Below, piece after piece: positions 19,760-20,000 of a stretch of 20,000 nucleotides of DNA (its first letter is position 1; every line of letters begins with the position of its first letter). Origin of the DNA: Catajapyx aquilonaris (Eukaryota); the NCBI GenBank assembly GCA_000934665.2, contig KZ538465.1, forward strand, positions 48,422 to 68,421, given 5' to 3'. The position numbers and the translations under genes are program-made. The notes beneath the pieces are model-generated. The model had not been told where the DNA came from and searched no databases. It saw only the letters and a program-made list of their open reading frames with translations.

Positions 19760-20000
19760 CTAGCAGCGGTACCCGTTCTTCGCACGGGAAAAAAGAGCGT
19801 GGATAATTACACCGACGAAATCTTCTTAGATCTCAAGCAATATTAAATGCAAAACTGCTCATTCCCTTGCATAATTATGTAGGCACTGGAAGGGTGTAAC
19901 AATTCTGGTTTGTTTGCGTAATAAAGAGCCACGCAACTATGGCTATGTGGTTATCAGAATGCAAAAAGGTGGGACAGATGGAGAGAGAAACAAAGAGGAA
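19760..20000 (-). mobile_element. 3' terminus of a second Helitron, probably extending beyond the window
   Basis: The minus strand reads CCCGT-gcgaaga-ACGGG hairpin (19788-19772), then taccgctg-CTAG|T (19763-19759), the same architecture as 6787-6815. Confidence 0.7.

Overview
Eukaryotic genomic DNA, most likely an arthropod/insect (inferred from GT-AG introns mostly 55-67 nt long, microsatellites and one assembly gap at 2096-2189). It holds a cluster of four minus-strand C2H2 zinc-finger genes (5, 8, 5 and 8 fingers) plus a decayed duplicate of the third. These genes share an acidic N-terminal module rich in SUMO-consensus sites (psi-KxE ... acidic run-MLV ... DPL) and show no recognisable ZAD, KRAB or BTB domain in the sequence visible here. 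Two intact plus-strand intron-containing genes lie among them. One is a PIF/Harbinger-transposase-derived gene (4 exons, 399 aa) that keeps D-D-E but has lost flanking catalytic motifs, so it is a candidate domesticated transposase. The other is an MCMDC2-like meiotic gene (8 coding exons, 646 aa). The window also has an intronless, internally deleted Piwi/Aubergine PIWI-domain fragment, a non-autonomous Helitron with both termini (4552-6814), a second Helitron 3' end (19760), a small MITE, and a family of elements with a shared terminal motif attached to different tandem arrays. All gene models were assembled by eye from splice-site and reading-frame consistency; no database search was run.
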